The notes under the pieces: model-generated
What the model saw: the letters and a program-made list of their open reading frames with translations, nothing else
What the model was told of the DNA's origin: nothing
Databases searched by the model: none
Part shown: piece after piece, positions 63,475 through 64,000 of the stretch
How the letters are laid out: each line of letters begins with the position of its first letter
Position numbering within the stretch: position 1 is the first letter of the stretch
Program-made: the position numbers and the translations under genes
Assembly: GCA_010909165.1 (NCBI GenBank)
Contig: VJWM01000063.1
Location: forward strand, 1 to 64,000
Source: Anthoceros angustus
Lineage: Eukaryota; Plantae; Anthocerotophyta
Direction of reading: 5' to 3'
DNA length: 64,000 nucleotides

Positions 63475-63992
63475 ATGGACACACATTTATAAGAACGTGC
63501 TTATTAAGCATCCTGCGCTTGGATCGGTACTTAGATGGGGCGCCTAAAGGGAATGGATGCCCTTGGTGCTAGAAGCTTAGGCATACCATGGTACAAGTTG
63601 TTAAGTACCAAGTCCCATGACGGAAATCCGTCTTTAGTGGACTTAAATAAAATTCTTCTTCATCTTCTTCATGCAAGTATTGATCCATCCAAAGGTCTAT
63701 CCAAAGGACCTTTAACTACAGTGTTTTATGACCTCATATCGGATATCATTATGAAAGAGATTACTAAATGGTGAAAGGGAAGACTGCACCATATGATTGA
63801 TGCTTTGATGTTTGGATTAATATCTTGGAGTTAAGATAAAAAGCAATCCAAATAGACACACAACCTATAAGAACACAATTGTTAAGCATTTTGTGCTTAC
63901 ATCGGTACTTAAATGGGGTGCTTAAAGGTAGTGGATGCCCTTCCTACAAGTAGCTTAGGCTCACCATGATACAAAGTTGTTAAGCACTAAGT
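63475..63992 (+). repeat. Two diverged direct repeats (~63475-63615 and ~63852-63992) with a 5S-like core
   Basis: gacacaca..ataagaac..ttaagcat..atcggtactta.atgggg..ggatgccctt..agcttaggc..accatg..aagttgttaag in both; ttaagc...gtact..atggg spacing resembles the 5S A/C boxes. Confidence 0.6.
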
Positions 63993-64000
63993 TCTACGCT

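Overview
Gene-dense nuclear DNA of a streptophyte. Short spliceosomal introns, plant-type HASTY, PDR and GH38 genes and a non-angiosperm-like 5S fragment suggest a non-seed plant or charophyte alga; the lineage cannot be fixed from this window. Left to right: (1) a ~9.4 kb frameshift-riddled Ty3/gypsy retrotransposon on the minus strand whose pol carries a DNMT3-like C5 cytosine methyltransferase between protease and RT and a PHD finger after the integrase, plus an extra 3' ORF and A...B-A-B termini. This is the most interesting item. (2) a decayed double-AP2 ORF; (3) a GH38 alpha-mannosidase gene; (4) a TIR element, a 5S rRNA-derived fragment and a duplicated mannosidase exon; (5) an intronless, GC-rich, bacterial-type flavin monooxygenase convergent with (6) HASTY/exportin-5, which is divergent from (7) LpxC; (8) a minisatellite; (9) a PDR-type ABCG transporter locus with an old head-to-head pseudogene, a ~6.5 kb triplication with an inverted middle copy (real or assembly artefact) and a 3' pseudogene; (10) further 5S-like repeats. 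Boundaries of degenerate features are approximate and all homology calls are by-eye motif recognition.
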